The notes below the pieces were generated by a model, which saw nothing but the letters and a program-made list of their open reading frames with translations, was not told the origin of the DNA and did not search any database. The position numbers and the translations under genes are program-made. Shown here one piece after another: positions 35,960 through 46,292 of a stretch of DNA of 64,000 nt. Source of the stretch: an uncultured Acidobacteriota bacterium. GTDB taxonomy: Bacteria > Acidobacteriota > Vicinamibacteria > Vicinamibacterales > 2-12-FULL-66-21. Position 1 is the stretch's first letter. Each line of letters opens with the position of its first letter. The stretch is taken from the NCBI GenBank assembly GCA_963830815.1, contig CAWHNN010000017.1:29750-93749 (forward strand), in the 5' to 3' direction.

Positions 35960-36983
35960 GAGCGTCGACCTGCTACGGGATGATCGTGACTGGCCGTCGC
36001 GGCGCTCGTCGTCGTGCGGCCCAGATTGTCGGTGACTGTGAGCGTCACCTGATAAGTCCCCGCGGCTCCGTATGCCTTCGTGGTCGCCGGGTCTCCCGTC
36101 ACGCGAACTGGAGTGCCATCACCAAAATTCCAGGAATAGCTGACGATGGTCGATCCGGCCGGTGCACGCGACTGCGACGCGTTGAAGTTGACGCCCTGGC
36201 CCACTCTTGGAGCCGTCGGCGAGAAGACGAACACTGCCGTGGGCTGTTGGGTGTTGGCCGTAACGGTCAGGCTCTGCGACTTCGACGCCGAGCGCCCGTA
36301 GGGATCGACGATCGTCAGCCGCACGACATAGGTTCCGGGAGATTCGTAGTCGTGATCGACAGTGCGTCCGGTCCGCGCTCGCCGTCGCCGAAGCTCCATT
36401 CGGTACGACGCGATGCGTGCCCCGGCTGGCTGACGCGTCGAAGAGCGCCGTCTGGTGATCGGCCACCGCGGCGGGACTGATGGTGAACTCCGGCACCAGA
36501 TCGCCCGGCGGGATGACGGTGCCCTGCGGCACGAGTCGGATTGCCGCGCTGCGCGGGTTCGAATTGTTGTAGTCGGTGCCGTAAGGCGTGACGACGACAT
36601 CGACGACGAGGAACGGTCCGGCGATACCGCCGGCGACGGCGGCGCGGTATAGACCAGCGTCGCCCGGCCGTCGGTGCCGGTCACGACGTTACGCGCCGAC
36701 AGGACTCCGAAGTCCACCGGCAGTCCCGCCGACGCGCGTCTCGGTCCGCATCGTCAGGTTGCGTATCGGCTGCGAATTGGCATCGCGCGCCGTGACGGTG
36801 ATGAAGCTTTGCGACGCACCATCCTGCGGCAACACGTCAGGCGAGACGCTGATCGCGATCGACTGAGCAAGCTCCGACGGCCCCGTCAACGGCGGCGCCT
36901 CCTGATTCTTCATGGTGCACGCGCCGGCCAGCGGCCAGCGCGCCAGCAACCAATCCCATTCGTACGATGCCTGCTCGAGTCAT
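35956..36983 (-). CDS. predicted lipoprotein with Ig-like (Big-type) domain and two PKD repeats; at least 4 frame breaks
   Basis: MTRAGIVRMGLV..LLARWPLAGAC (lipobox-like). ISVSPDVLPQDGASQSFITVTARD. Two PKD units (FDASAS..SY.W.FGDG, GTYVVRLTIVD and SWNFGDGT..GTYQVTLTVTD). Confidence 0.65.
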
Positions 36984-37008
36984 ATAGTCCTGAGGGGGAG
37001 ACTGTCCG

Positions 37009-37695
37009 TCATTCAACCTGCGGCAGAGTCGACCGGCGTCGGCTAGCCGGATCACCAAAGTTGCCGAACGACACCAGCATCTGACCGTCCACCGAGACTT
37101 CGCGCCCGGTCTGATCGCGGCCATAGAAGGTGATCTCGGCGATGGTCGAGATGATCGTGACGTTGCGCGCAAGACCGGCAAGCGGCGCTTCGGTCTTGGC
37201 AATGTGGCGCACCAGTTCGAAGCCCGACGGTCAGTTCGCTGTCCGTCACCGTTCCGGTGAACGCCCCGTCAAACGAGTACGGCACGTCGACGCCTTCGAC
37301 ATTGCGGCCGTCGGCGCTGATGAAGCGGACGTGGTAGCGATTGATGGTGATGAAATTGTTCGCCGTCGGCTCGGAAGGCGACGGCGCGCCCGCGTCCTTC
37401 ATCGCCAGGCGGAGCGTGACCTGCCCGAGGTCATTGAAGATGGTCGACACGCCGTCGACGACGGTGATGACGTCCGAGTTCAGCGTCGAACCGAAGTTGC
37501 CGGCTCGGCGCCGGATGCCGCCTGCAGGCTGTTGACGATGAGATAGGACGACGCCGTGCCCTGGCGCGTCAGATCACCGCAGGCGCTGCTCAGGATTGTC
37601 AGCGCCAGAGCCGTCGCAAAACCGGCCGCGCGCACGACTCCTCCGCCCCACACTGCCTTGCCTCTGACGTCGTTCGAGATTGGTTCGCGAGTCAT
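37009..37695 (-). CDS. predicted lipoprotein of unknown function; about 3 frame breaks
   Basis: Pieces 37480..37695, 37052..37450 and 37009..37212 join colinearly. Signal plus ALALTILSSAC. No motif I can name. The start lies 6 nt after the pilQ stop. Confidence 0.55.
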
Positions 37696-37701
37696 TCGTC
37701 T

Positions 37702-40312
37702 CTAGCCCTTCAGGATGCGCGGTGTAATGAAGATCAGGAGTTCCCGGCTGTCTTCCGCGGTGGTGTCCCGCTTGAACAGCCAGCCGAGGAGCGGCAATGC
37801 GATAGAGCGCCGGCGTCCTGTCCTGCGCCGAGGTCTCGCGGGCGATGAAGACACCGCCCATGACCGTCGTCGTGCCGTCGGTGACCTGGACGCGCGTGTT
37901 GGCGCGCTGCGTATCGATCTGGACGTTGTTGCCGCGAACTTCACCAGGGCTGGCGTTCTCGACCATGATTTGCATGATCACCGTGTTGGCGGCGGTGATC
38001 TGCGGCGTGACCCTGAGCGTCAGCGCCGCGTCCTTGTAGGTCACGGTTTCTGGACTGTTCGGCGTCGACGGCGTGACCAGCGGGATCTGGACGCCCTGCA
38101 TGATCTCGGCTTCGACGTTGTTCTGCGTTGTGACGCGTGGCGTCGAGAGGACGCGGCCCTTGCCCGAGCGCTCCAGCGCTGACAGCGCGACGTCCAGGTT
38201 GAAGGCGCCATTCACGGCGCCGAGGGCGACGCCGATCGCGGATGGCGCTCCAGAGCACGGGCAGGTTGACCGCCGGCCCGTCACGCGCCGCCGACGCGGC
38301 CACCCCCGACTATCGAGTTGGGGAATGCCAGGTTCGTCGTGTTGCCGATCTGCGGGGTCATGCGGCCGTTGAGGCCCCACTGGACGCCGATGGCGCGCGC
38401 AAACTCCCGCGTCGTCGTGATGATCCGGGCTTCGATTTCCACCTGCGGCTCGGCGCGATCGAGCGTCGTCAGGAGCTGGCGGATGGCCGGAAACTGCTCG
38501 GGCAGATCCGCGATGATGAGGGTGTTGGTGCGCGCATCGAACTGCACCTGCCCGTATTTCGACAGGCGCAGAGATCCCTTCAGCAGCGGCACCATGTCGG
38601 CGGCCTTCGCGTAGCTGAGCGGGAATGTCTCGAAGGATAAGCCGCCCGCCTGCGCCTGCCGTTCGGCCTGCGCCTGCGCCGCAGCCTGACGAGTCTTGTT
38701 CTCCTCCTCGAGCGTTCGGATCTTCGAGATTCGGACGATCGTGCCGTCGACCGAGTAGTCGAGCTGATTGCCGCGAAGGATGATGTCGAGGGCCTGGTCC
38801 CACGGCACGTCGGTCAGCTTGATGTCGACCGTGCCCTGGACGTCAGGGTCGATGACCATGTTGAGGCCGCTCACGTCGGCGAACGTGCGCAGCACCGCGC
38901 GCAGGTCGACGCCGTCGAGATCGAGGCTCAGTGGATCTCCGGTGTACTGCCGTGGCTGATCCGCTCCCTGCTGCTGCGTGGGCACCGGCGTCGGTCGCGG
39001 ATTCTGCGGCGCCTGTGCCTGGCGGGCCTGCGCCGGAACGGCGCGCGGATTCGCGACCGGCTTTGCAGGTTCTGGCGCGAGGATCGCGCTGACGGGCGGA
39101 CGAGGTGCCGGTGCTGAGGCCCGAGCGGGCGCAGCAGCTTCGCGAGGCGCAGCTGCTGCCGGCGGCACGGGTGCCGCGACCGCCGCCGTCTTCAGCGCCA
39201 TCATCGGATCGAGCGGCTGCGCCGCCGGGTCGGGAGCGGTGATAGAGGCGACGTTGGCCATCGCCTGCTGCAGCGAAATCGGCGGCTCCGGCGCGCCGGG
39301 ATCTCCGGACACTTCCGCCGGCGTCATCACAACGGTGTTCGCAGGGCGTGCCTGTTCGAACACGACCGCCACATCGCGGCCGCCCTCGCCGGCGTTCTCG
39401 ACGTGATAGCTCGCGCGTCGGCGCAATCTCCATGACGACGCGCGTCACCAGCGGCTGGTGGCTGTTGATCGCGACACGCACGCGGCTGACGAGCGGGCTG
39501 TCGACTGCCACCTGGCTGGGCGTCGTCGACGACGTGTTCGGGAAGTCGAGGACGAGGCGCCGCGGACGGTCCTTGCTCTCCGTCACGCCGACAGGCTCGA
39601 GCCGGCCGTTGCCGACCAGCGTCACGGTTGTCGCAGCGGCCGTCTTGCTGGTCCTGATGCGCTCTATGACGGTGTGCGGGCTTGTGGGCGTCGCTGTCGT
39701 CTTCTCGAGGCTCTCGATAACGCGCTTGGCCGGCGCCGACTGCGGCGCGGCCGCTGGCTCCGGGGCGGGCGCGATTGTCCGCGGCGGCGCGCCCGGCACG
39801 AGCGGTGTCGCGGGCGCCGGGGCCGTCGCCATCGCGGCCGGAGTCGACGCCGGAACGGCTGCGGCTTTCGACGCGCCGGATTTCGGCTCGATGCGAATCA
39901 TGTTGCGCGCACTGCGGACGACGTACTCGGAGGGCTTGGCGAGATTGACGTGCACACGCGCCAGTGCCCGGCCATCCGCGCCGGACGCCTGCTCCAGCCG
40001 CACGCCGGCAATCGCACCCTGGCGCTCGACCTCGGCCCGCGCATCCGACACACTCACGTTCCGCATGTCGACGACGAGTGAGAGGGCATCAGGCCGGCTC
40101 ACCGAGTAGGCAACCGGCTCCGTGGCTTCGATGAGGACCGCCTCACCCTGCCTCGTCACCGCAACGAGGCGCACAGGCGCCGCGGCCGCGGTCAGGATGA
40201 TACCGGCGGTGGCGGCGAGTCCCGCGGCGATCGTCAGCCGGGCCATCGTCCGCGTGAGCGTTCCTCTATCTGCGCTGTTCGCGATCATCGTGTTCGACTC
40301 TCTCGAAACCAT
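37702..40312 (-). CDS. pilQ: type IV pilus secretin with N-terminal AMIN domains; 3-4 frame breaks
   Basis: Two AMIN-like units, a Pro/Ala-rich linker, N0/N1 (LSLDLDGVDLRAVLRTFADVSGLNMVIDP), and a secretin core (VLSTPRVTTQNNVEAEI, IPLLGWLFK..ELLIFITPRIL). The ATG overlaps the pilP stop (TAATG). Confidence 0.88.
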
Positions 40313-40833
40313 TAGCCCCGCCCGTCGGCCTGACGTACCGGCTTGGACACTTCCCGCTGCTTGACGAGCGACAGCGGATCACTGACGTCCTGGGAGAAGA
40401 TCACCTTCTCTTGATTGATTGATTTCACGCTGCCGTCGAAGAGCTTGTCGCCCGTACGCACGTTGTAGGTCTTGTTGTCAGCCGCCTGGAGCAGCGCCGT
40501 GAAACCGTTGCGGTCGCGCACCACGCCCTTGACGGTGATCTCGCCGATCAGCAGGCCGGCGAGTCCTGCGGGCCGGATCGTCGGCGCGCTCTTGTCGTCG
40601 CCGCGCCCAACGAGGCTGATGAACGGATCGCGCCGGCCGGCGGGCTCATACACGTAGGCCGGATCGATCGTCGGGGTCGGCTGCTCTACCGGCACAGGCG
40701 GCTTCCCCGGCACGCGCCGGTTTCGCCGGCGTGAAGCAGGAGCGGGAGCGGGCGTCGTCGCCGGCGCCTGTTCCGGCGCCACGGCCGTCACGATCGTCAT
40801 GGCGGCGGCGAGTGCGATTGCTGTGAGTGTCAT
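40312..40833 (-). CDS. pilP: type IV pilus assembly protein PilP-like
   Basis: Intact. Signal MTLTAIALAAAMTIVTA, and a C-terminal domain RDPF..LLIGEITVKGVV..ALLQAADNKTYNVRTGDKLFDGSVKSI. ATGA overlap with pilO. Confidence 0.8.
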   Translation of the reverse strand: MTLTAIALAAAMTIVTAVAPEQAPATTPAPAPASRRRNRRVPGKPPVPVEQPTPTIDPAYVYEPAGRRDPFISLVGRGDDKSAPTIRPAGLAGLLIGEITVKGVVRDRNGFTALLQAADNKTYNVRTGDKLFDGSVKSINQEKVIFSQDVSDPLSLVKQREVSKPVRQADGRG

Positions 40834-41459
40834 ACGCTCGTCACTTCCCCGCCATTGGCTGCTTCGGGACCAGGGGCGCCGCCCTTCTTCGATCCCGCCG
40901 CCGCTTCCTGCAGCACGAAGGTCGTCGCCACACACTCGGCGATGATCGTGGCGTTGGGTTCGGGCGGCGTCTTGGCGCGCACCGAGATCTCGCTCACGCT
41001 GATGATTCGCGGGAACTTGCTGATGCGATCGAAGAAGAGCCCGAGGTTGTGGTACGTCCCCTCGGCCTGCAGCCGGTACGGAATCTCCTGGTAGAGCGCC
41101 TGCTGCACGGTTGGCTGCGGCGTGAAACGCTGGATCGAGAGGTTCGACTGCGTCGCCAGTCCCTGGATGCGGCGCAGGATGTCGGCGACGTCCTTCTCCT
41201 CGGGCAGCACCTGCTTGAGGTTCTCGAGACGCTGCTCGAGTTGTGTGACCTGCGATTCGAACTCCGGCAGCCGTCGTGCGGTAGCCACGCCGCGCGCGAT
41301 ATCGCCGCGCAAGGCGGTCAGCCGCGTCTGTCGCAGATCGACATCGGCCTGCATCTCCGCCACATAGAAGTGCCAGAACCCGTAAGTCGCCCCGGCGCAC
41401 ACGAGGACGAAGGCGCCGATCTGACCCCACCAGGGAAGTTTGCTGAGCGACAGTTCCAT
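40830..41459 (-). CDS. pilO: type IV pilus assembly protein PilO
   Basis: Intact 209 aa. N-terminal TM, a coiled coil, and the ferredoxin-like YHNLGLFFDRISKFPRI motif. Confidence 0.85.
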   Translation of the reverse strand: MELSLSKLPWWGQIGAFVLVCAGATYGFWHFYVAEMQADVDLRQTRLTALRGDIARGVATARRLPEFESQVTQLEQRLENLKQVLPEEKDVADILRRIQGLATQSNLSIQRFTPQPTVQQALYQEIPYRLQAEGTYHNLGLFFDRISKFPRIISVSEISVRAKTPPEPNATIIAECVATTFVLQEAAAGSKKGGAPGPEAANGGEVTSV

Positions 41460-41560
41460 GGGTATTTGTTCGCCTATCGGTGGCGTCCGGCTCAGCCTTT
41501 AACCGGCCGGACCCGTGTCTTCTCGCTAAAAACGCACGCGTCGCTACGATGCGAGGCGCC

Positions 41561-42172
41561 TTACGGCTTCGTTCCCCGCCCCGCGCCACGACCACCCGGA
41601 GGCGGCGCTTCGGGATCGTTCAAGGTCCCCTTGATCGAAAACTTGACCAGTTCTCCCGTCTTCGGATCTGTCTGAACCTGACTGTCCAGGATCTCGACTG
41701 GACGCTTGAACCACTTGGTCGCCTCGAGCGCGGCGACGAAATCCGAGAGCGACGGCAGCGACGGTGTAAAGCCGCTGAGCGTGTAGTCGGTGCCCGTCTG
41801 GCGCATCTCGGTGAGCCACAGCCGATCCGGCAGGCTCTTGCTGATCTCGTCGATGACGTGCACGGGCGCCGACTGACCGCGGCGGAGCTGCTCGATGAGG
41901 GTCACGCGCTGCGTCAGCTGCGCCTTGCGCGCCTCGAACTTCTGTACCTGCGCGAGCACCGACCGGAGCTGAAGCGTCTCGTTTTCGGCCTTGGCGATGT
42001 CTTCGTCGAGCTGCGCCGACTGCTGGCGCAGCGACATGAACCACCACCCGATGCCGAGAATCGTGGCAATGAGAATCAGGCTCGCGCCAATCGTGACGCG
42101 ATGGGCCGGCGGGATGAAGACGCGTGCCTTCTTGACCTTCCGCTCGACTGCGAGGAGGTTGATGCGAATCAT
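41561..42172 (-). CDS. pilN: type IV pilus assembly protein PilN
   Basis: MIRINLL, a TM segment, a coiled coil, and WLTEM..TLSG. ATGA overlap with the pilM stop. Confidence 0.85.
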   Translation of the reverse strand: MIRINLLAVERKVKKARVFIPPAHRVTIGASLILIATILGIGWWFMSLRQQSAQLDEDIAKAENETLQLRSVLAQVQKFEARKAQLTQRVTLIEQLRRGQSAPVHVIDEISKSLPDRLWLTEMRQTGTDYTLSGFTPSLPSLSDFVAALEATKWFKRPVEILDSQVQTDPKTGELVKFSIKGTLNDPEAPPPGGRGAGRGTKP

Positions 42173-43225
42173 CGGTCGCCAGCCTTCCGCAGCGCCAGAC
42201 CGACGGCGACTGCCGCCGTCGGCCCGACATCCGCGGCGTCGACGCCGAACTTCGCGGCGTCGAACGTCACGCGCTTGAACGGATCGAAGAATTCGACAGG
42301 AGCCTGGAAGCGCTCGCCGAGCATCTCGACGAAGCCCTCGGCGCGCGACGCGCCGCCGCTGACGACGATGCGCGTGATGCGATCCGAGCCGGCCGACGTG
42401 CGGAAGAAGTCGAACGTCTTCTGCACTTCGAGCATCACGTTCTCGGTCACCGCGCGCAGGACCGGCCGGGCATCGTCGTAGGTCACGCTGTCGACCGCGA
42501 CACCCCGCTTCAACTCGTCCGCCTGCTCGAATGGCAGATTGAGCTCCTTCTGCAGGGCCTCGGTATAGGCATTGCCGCCGGTCGAGATGTCGCGCGTGAA
42601 GACCGACTGGTCGCCATGCAGGATGTTGATGTTGGTCGCGCTGGCGCCGGCATTCAGCAGCACGATGACGGCATCGGCCTCGGTGCCGTAGTTGGCCTCG
42701 TAGGCGTTCTGAAGGGCGAAGGCATCGACATCGATGACGACGGCGACGCGGCCCGCCTGGCCGATGACGCCGGTGTAGTCGGCGATCTTCTCTTTCTTGG
42801 CAGCGACCAGCAGCACGTCCATCGTGCTCTTGCCGCCGCGCGCTGGCGCGCTCGAGGATCTGGTAGTCCAGGTTGACGTCCTGGATGTCGAAGGGAATGT
42901 ATTGCTCCGCTTCCCAGTAAATCGATTCGGCGAGCTCCGCTTCCGTCATGGACGGCAGCGAGATCTTCTTGACGATGACGGCATTGCCGGACAGCGATGC
43001 CGCGACGTCCTTCGTCGTCACCTTCAAGCCATCGAGGAGGCGCTTGATGGCATCGACGACGGCAGTACCGTCGAGGATGGCCCCGTCGACGATGCTGTCG
43101 GGCGGGATCGGCTGGCTGCCGAACGCAGTAACTTTGAAGCCCTTGCCTGCCGGTTTGAGCTCGACTGCCTTGACGGCGCTCGAGCCGATGTCCAGACCCA
43201 CGAGGGATTTCGATCTACCAAACAA
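42169..43225 (-). CDS. pilM: type IV pilus assembly ATPase-like protein PilM; one frame break near 42830
   Basis: VGLDIGSSAVKAVEL, and an actin-like fold continued in ORF 42169..42822 (VIDVDAFALQNAY, ISTGGNAYTEAL, IVVSGGAS). Confidence 0.88.
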
Positions 43226-43403
43226 CGGGATGTCCTATCCTGAAAAGGCCACGAGCGGGCACACCTGCAACCACGACTCGAGTGCTTTATCGGCGGAACT
43301 CGGGGGCAAGTTGGGTACCACGGGGGCAGGACCTACCAAAACCGGCAGTTTTGCGCAGTTTTGGCAGAGTCGGGCTCGCGAGGGCCGCCGAAGGATCGAC
43401 GAA

Positions 43404-43431
43404 ATTGTAAAAGCTATGACGATTCTGTAAT
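43404..43431 (-). promoter_or_regulatory. candidate sigma70-type promoter for pilM operon
   Basis: On the minus strand, ATTACA (43426-43431), a 16-nt spacer, then TACAAT (43404-43409), about 175 nt upstream of the pilM ATG. Confidence 0.3.
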
Positions 43432-43508
43432 CGCAGAAACTGCCACCAGGCCCCTGGGAGGTCCCGCAAATCGTGATGTTTCCGGACCGCGTGAATTCGC
43501 GACTTGCC

Positions 43509-43537
43509 TTGACAATGACCGGAATCGCCGGTATCCT
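43509..43537 (+). promoter_or_regulatory. sigma70-type promoter of rplM-rpsI
   Basis: TTGACA (43509-43514), a 17-nt spacer, then TATCCT (43532-43537), about 85 nt upstream of the rplM ATG. Confidence 0.55.
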
Positions 43538-43623
43538 CTTGGTTTGCCGTCCTTTGAACGAAGCCGACTGCCTGTGCCTCCGCGCCGCAGGTCGGCTGCA
43601 TAGAGAAAGGCCGAAAGGAACTC

Positions 43624-44109
43624 ATGGGTTCGTTTGTCCCCACCGCCGGAACCATCACCCGGCAGTGGCACGTGATTGACGCCGACGGTCAGGTACTGGG
43701 CCGCGTGGCGACTGAAGCCGCCCGCCTGTTGCAGGGAAAGCACAAGCCGGTCTACACCCCGTATATCGATACCGGCGACCACGTTGTCGTGGTCAATGCC
43801 GCACGTGTCGTCATGACCGGGCGCAAGGAAGAACAGAAGCTTTACCGCTACCACTCGGGGTACGAAGGCGGCGTCCGCCAGGAGCGCGCGAAGGAAGTGC
43901 GCCAGAAGGACCCGCGCCGGTTGGTCGAGGAAGCCGTGCGCGGCATGCTTCCCAAGACCACGCTGGGCGAGGCCATGTGGCGCAAGCTGAAGGTCTATCC
44001 CGACGCGCAGCATCCGCACCAGGCGCAGGGGCCGAAACCGTTCGCCGTCTCGAGCGGCCCGGGCAAGAAGTCAGCCGACAAGAAGTCGAAAAAGCGAGAG
44101 GTCGCCTAA
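43624..44109 (+). CDS. rplM: 50S ribosomal protein L13 (with Lys-rich C-terminal extension)
   Basis: [21 protein letters not shown] and VVVNA. Intact. Confidence 0.95.
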   Translation: MGSFVPTAGTITRQWHVIDADGQVLGRVATEAARLLQGKHKPVYTPYIDTGDHVVVVNAARVVMTGRKEEQKLYRYHSGYEGGVRQERAKEVRQKDPRRLVEEAVRGMLPKTTLGEAMWRKLKVYPDAQHPHQAQGPKPFAVSSGPGKKSADKKSKKREVA

Positions 44110-44110
44110 C

Positions 44111-44506
44111 GTGGCAGCAGGGATTGAGTATTACGGCACGGGCCGCCGGAAGAAGTCGACCGCCCGAGTATTTCTTCGCCCCGGAACCGGGGGCATCGTC
44201 ATCAACCGCAAACCCATCGAGACGGCCTTCCCCACCGAGGCACTGCGCACGCAAATCAGGCAGCCGATGGCGGTGACGGAAACGACCGACAAGTTCGACG
44301 TGCTGGCGACCATCGCCGGCGGCGGCACGGCTGGACAGGCAGGAGCGCTGCGCCTCGGAATCGCGCGCGCCCTCGTCGAGTACAACGTCGAGCTGCGGCA
44401 GCGCCTCAAGAAGGCCGGGTTCCTGACGCGCGACGCGCGCATCAAGGAACGGAAGAAGTACGGACAGAAGGGCGCGCGTAAGCGCTTCCAGTTCAGCAAG
44501 AGATAG
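44111..44506 (+). CDS. rpsI: 30S ribosomal protein S9
   Basis: [30 protein letters not shown] and the C-terminal [18 protein letters not shown]. Confidence 0.95.
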   Translation: MAAGIEYYGTGRRKKSTARVFLRPGTGGIVINRKPIETAFPTEALRTQIRQPMAVTETTDKFDVLATIAGGGTAGQAGALRLGIARALVEYNVELRQRLKKAGFLTRDARIKERKKYGQKGARKRFQFSKR

Positions 44507-44577
44507 TTCAGCTCTCAGCGAGCAGCACCGGCTTTCAGCAATCAAGCTGCAAGCTGAAGGCTGACGGCTGACAGCTC
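44507..44577. repeat. heptamer hairpin element, TTCAGCN/GCTGANN class, between rpsI and rpsB
   Basis: TTCAGCT CTCAGCG AGCAGCA .. TTCAGCA .. GCTGAAG GCTGACG GCTGACA GCT. Confidence 0.8.
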
Positions 44578-44590
44578 CAATGGAGGAAGC

Positions 44591-45397
44591 TTGAACGGCA
44601 TCGCGTTGAAGGATTTGCTCGAAGCAGGAGTCCATTTCGGTCACCAGACGAAGCGCTGGAACCCGAAGATGAAGTCGTACATCTTCGGCGAGCGGAACGG
44701 GATCTACATCATCGACCTGGCCAAGACAGCCAAGCTGTTCCGCGACGCGGAGCAGTTCACGATGAATCTCGCAGCCGAAGGACGCACGATCCTGTTTGTG
44801 GGCACCAAGCGGCAGGCGCAGGACGCGGTGGCGGAAGAAGCGCAGCGGTGCGGCATGTTCTTCGTGAACCAGCGCTGGCTCGGCGGGTTGCTGACGAACT
44901 TTACGACCATCCAGCGCAGTCTGTCGCGCCTCCGCGACCTCGAAGCGATGGAGACCGACGGCCGCTACGACACGCTGTCGAAGAAGGAGATCGCGCAGAT
45001 CGAGAAAGAAAAGCGCAAGCTCCAGAAGAACCTCGAAGGTATCCGCCACATGTCGCGGCTGCCCGATGCCCTCTTCGTCGTCGACACGCGCAAGGAAAAG
45101 ATCGCCGTCGACGAGGCGCGAAAGCTGAAGATTCCGGTCATCGGCGTCGTCGACACCAACTGCGATCCCGACGAAGTCGATTACGTCATCCCCGGCAACG
45201 ACGATGCGCTGCGCGCGATTCGCCTCTTCGCGGCGAAGATTGCCGACGCAGTGCTTGGCGGCCGTGGCATCCGTGAGTCGGCGCAGGCTGACGACGAGAC
45301 CGACGCCGACGAACGCGGCCGACGTGGCGCGGCGCGCCCCGGTACCACCGCTCGTCCGGCCCGGCCCGAACAGGCCACTTCGACGGCCACCGTCTAG
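44591..45397 (+). CDS. rpsB: 30S ribosomal protein S2
   Basis: [19 protein letters not shown] and [11 protein letters not shown] start with GGAGGA upstream. Confidence 0.93.
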   Translation: MNGIALKDLLEAGVHFGHQTKRWNPKMKSYIFGERNGIYIIDLAKTAKLFRDAEQFTMNLAAEGRTILFVGTKRQAQDAVAEEAQRCGMFFVNQRWLGGLLTNFTTIQRSLSRLRDLEAMETDGRYDTLSKKEIAQIEKEKRKLQKNLEGIRHMSRLPDALFVVDTRKEKIAVDEARKLKIPVIGVVDTNCDPDEVDYVIPGNDDALRAIRLFAAKIADAVLGGRGIRESAQADDETDADERGRRGAARPGTTARPARPEQATSTATV

Positions 45398-45414
45398 ACG
45401 GAACGCCCTCTCGA

Positions 45415-45452
45415 TTCTCGCGCCGGCCCGGGCTTCTCCGCGCCGGCGTTCT
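45415..45452 (+). terminator. possible terminator after rpsB
   Basis: CGCCGGC (45421-45427) pairs with GCCGGCG (45442-45448), followed by TTCTT. Confidence 0.35.
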
Positions 45453-45460
45453 TATGTACT

Positions 45461-45580
45461 TCAGTCGTCAGTCATCAGTCCGTCGGCTCGGCAGTCCTCA
45501 GTCGGCAGCTCGACGATCGACTGAAATTCTGACGACTGAAGACAGACGACTGAAGACTGAGAAGACTGACGACTGACGAC
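45461..45580. repeat. heptamer hairpin element, TCAGTCN/GACTGAN class, between rpsB and tsf
   Basis: TCAGTCG TCAGTCA TCAGTCC .. CCTCAGT CGGCAGC TCGACGATCGA CTGAAAT .. GACTGAA GACAGAC GACTGAA GACTGAG .. GACTGAC GACTGAC. Confidence 0.85.
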
Positions 45581-45590
45581 GAGGCAACTA

Positions 45591-46196
45591 ATGGAAATCA
45601 CAGCAGCGATGGTGAAGAAGCTCCGCGACACGACGGGCGCGGGGATGATGGAGTGCAAGGCGGCGCTGACCGAGGCCAAGGGCGACATGGAGGAAGCGAC
45701 GACCATCCTCCGCAAGCGCGGTCTCGCGCAGGCGACCAAGAAGGCCGGCCGCTCCACCAACGAGGGGCTCATCGGCAACTACATCCACATGGGCGGCAAG
45801 ATCGGCGTCATGGTCGAGATCAACTGCGAGTCCGATTTCGTCGCGCGCACTGATGACTTCCAGGGCATGGCGCGCGAGATCGCGATGCACATCGCCGCCG
45901 CCAGCCCGCAGTATGTCCGGCGCGAGGAAGTCCCTGCCGAGGTTCTCGAGCGCGAGAAGGAAATCTTTCGCGCGCAGATGAAGGATCAGAACAAGCCGGC
46001 ACAGGTCATCGAGAAGATCGTCGACGGCAAGCTAAACAGCTTCTACGAGCAAGTGTGCCTGATGGATCAGCCGTCGGTCCGCGACCCCAAGGTGACGATC
46101 GGCCAGGTCGTGCAGGCCGCGATCGCCAAGCTCGGCGAGAACATCACCGTCCCGCGCTTCGTTCGCTACAAGCTTGGCGAAACGAGCGGGAACTGA
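45591..46196 (+). CDS. tsf: translation elongation factor Ts (short form)
   Basis: AAMVKKLRDTTGAGMMECKAAL and EINCESDFVAR. Intact. Confidence 0.93.
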   Translation: MEITAAMVKKLRDTTGAGMMECKAALTEAKGDMEEATTILRKRGLAQATKKAGRSTNEGLIGNYIHMGGKIGVMVEINCESDFVARTDDFQGMAREIAMHIAAASPQYVRREEVPAEVLEREKEIFRAQMKDQNKPAQVIEKIVDGKLNSFYEQVCLMDQPSVRDPKVTIGQVVQAAIAKLGENITVPRFVRYKLGETSGN

Positions 46197-46204
46197 ATAG
46201 AGAT

Positions 46205-46270
46205 CGTTCAAGGTTCAAGGTTCGAACGGGTTCATGAAGCCGCTGAACCTTGAACCCTGAACCTTGAACG
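46205..46270. repeat. heptamer hairpin element, GTTCAAG/CTTGAAC class, between tsf and pyrH
   Basis: GTTCAAG GTTCAAG GTTCGAA CGG GTTCATG AAGCCGC TGAACCT TGAACCC TGAACCT TGAACGA. Confidence 0.88.
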
Positions 46271-46292
46271 ATGCAGATATAATCGCCCTGCC

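Noticed and set aside
43344-43367. GGCAGTTTTGCGCAGTTTTGGCAG direct repeat resembling a sigma54 -24/-12 element.
   Set aside because: The GG-to-TTGC spacing does not fit TGGCAC-N5-TTGC. The orientation points towards rplM, which already has a strong sigma70-type promoter, and not towards pilM.
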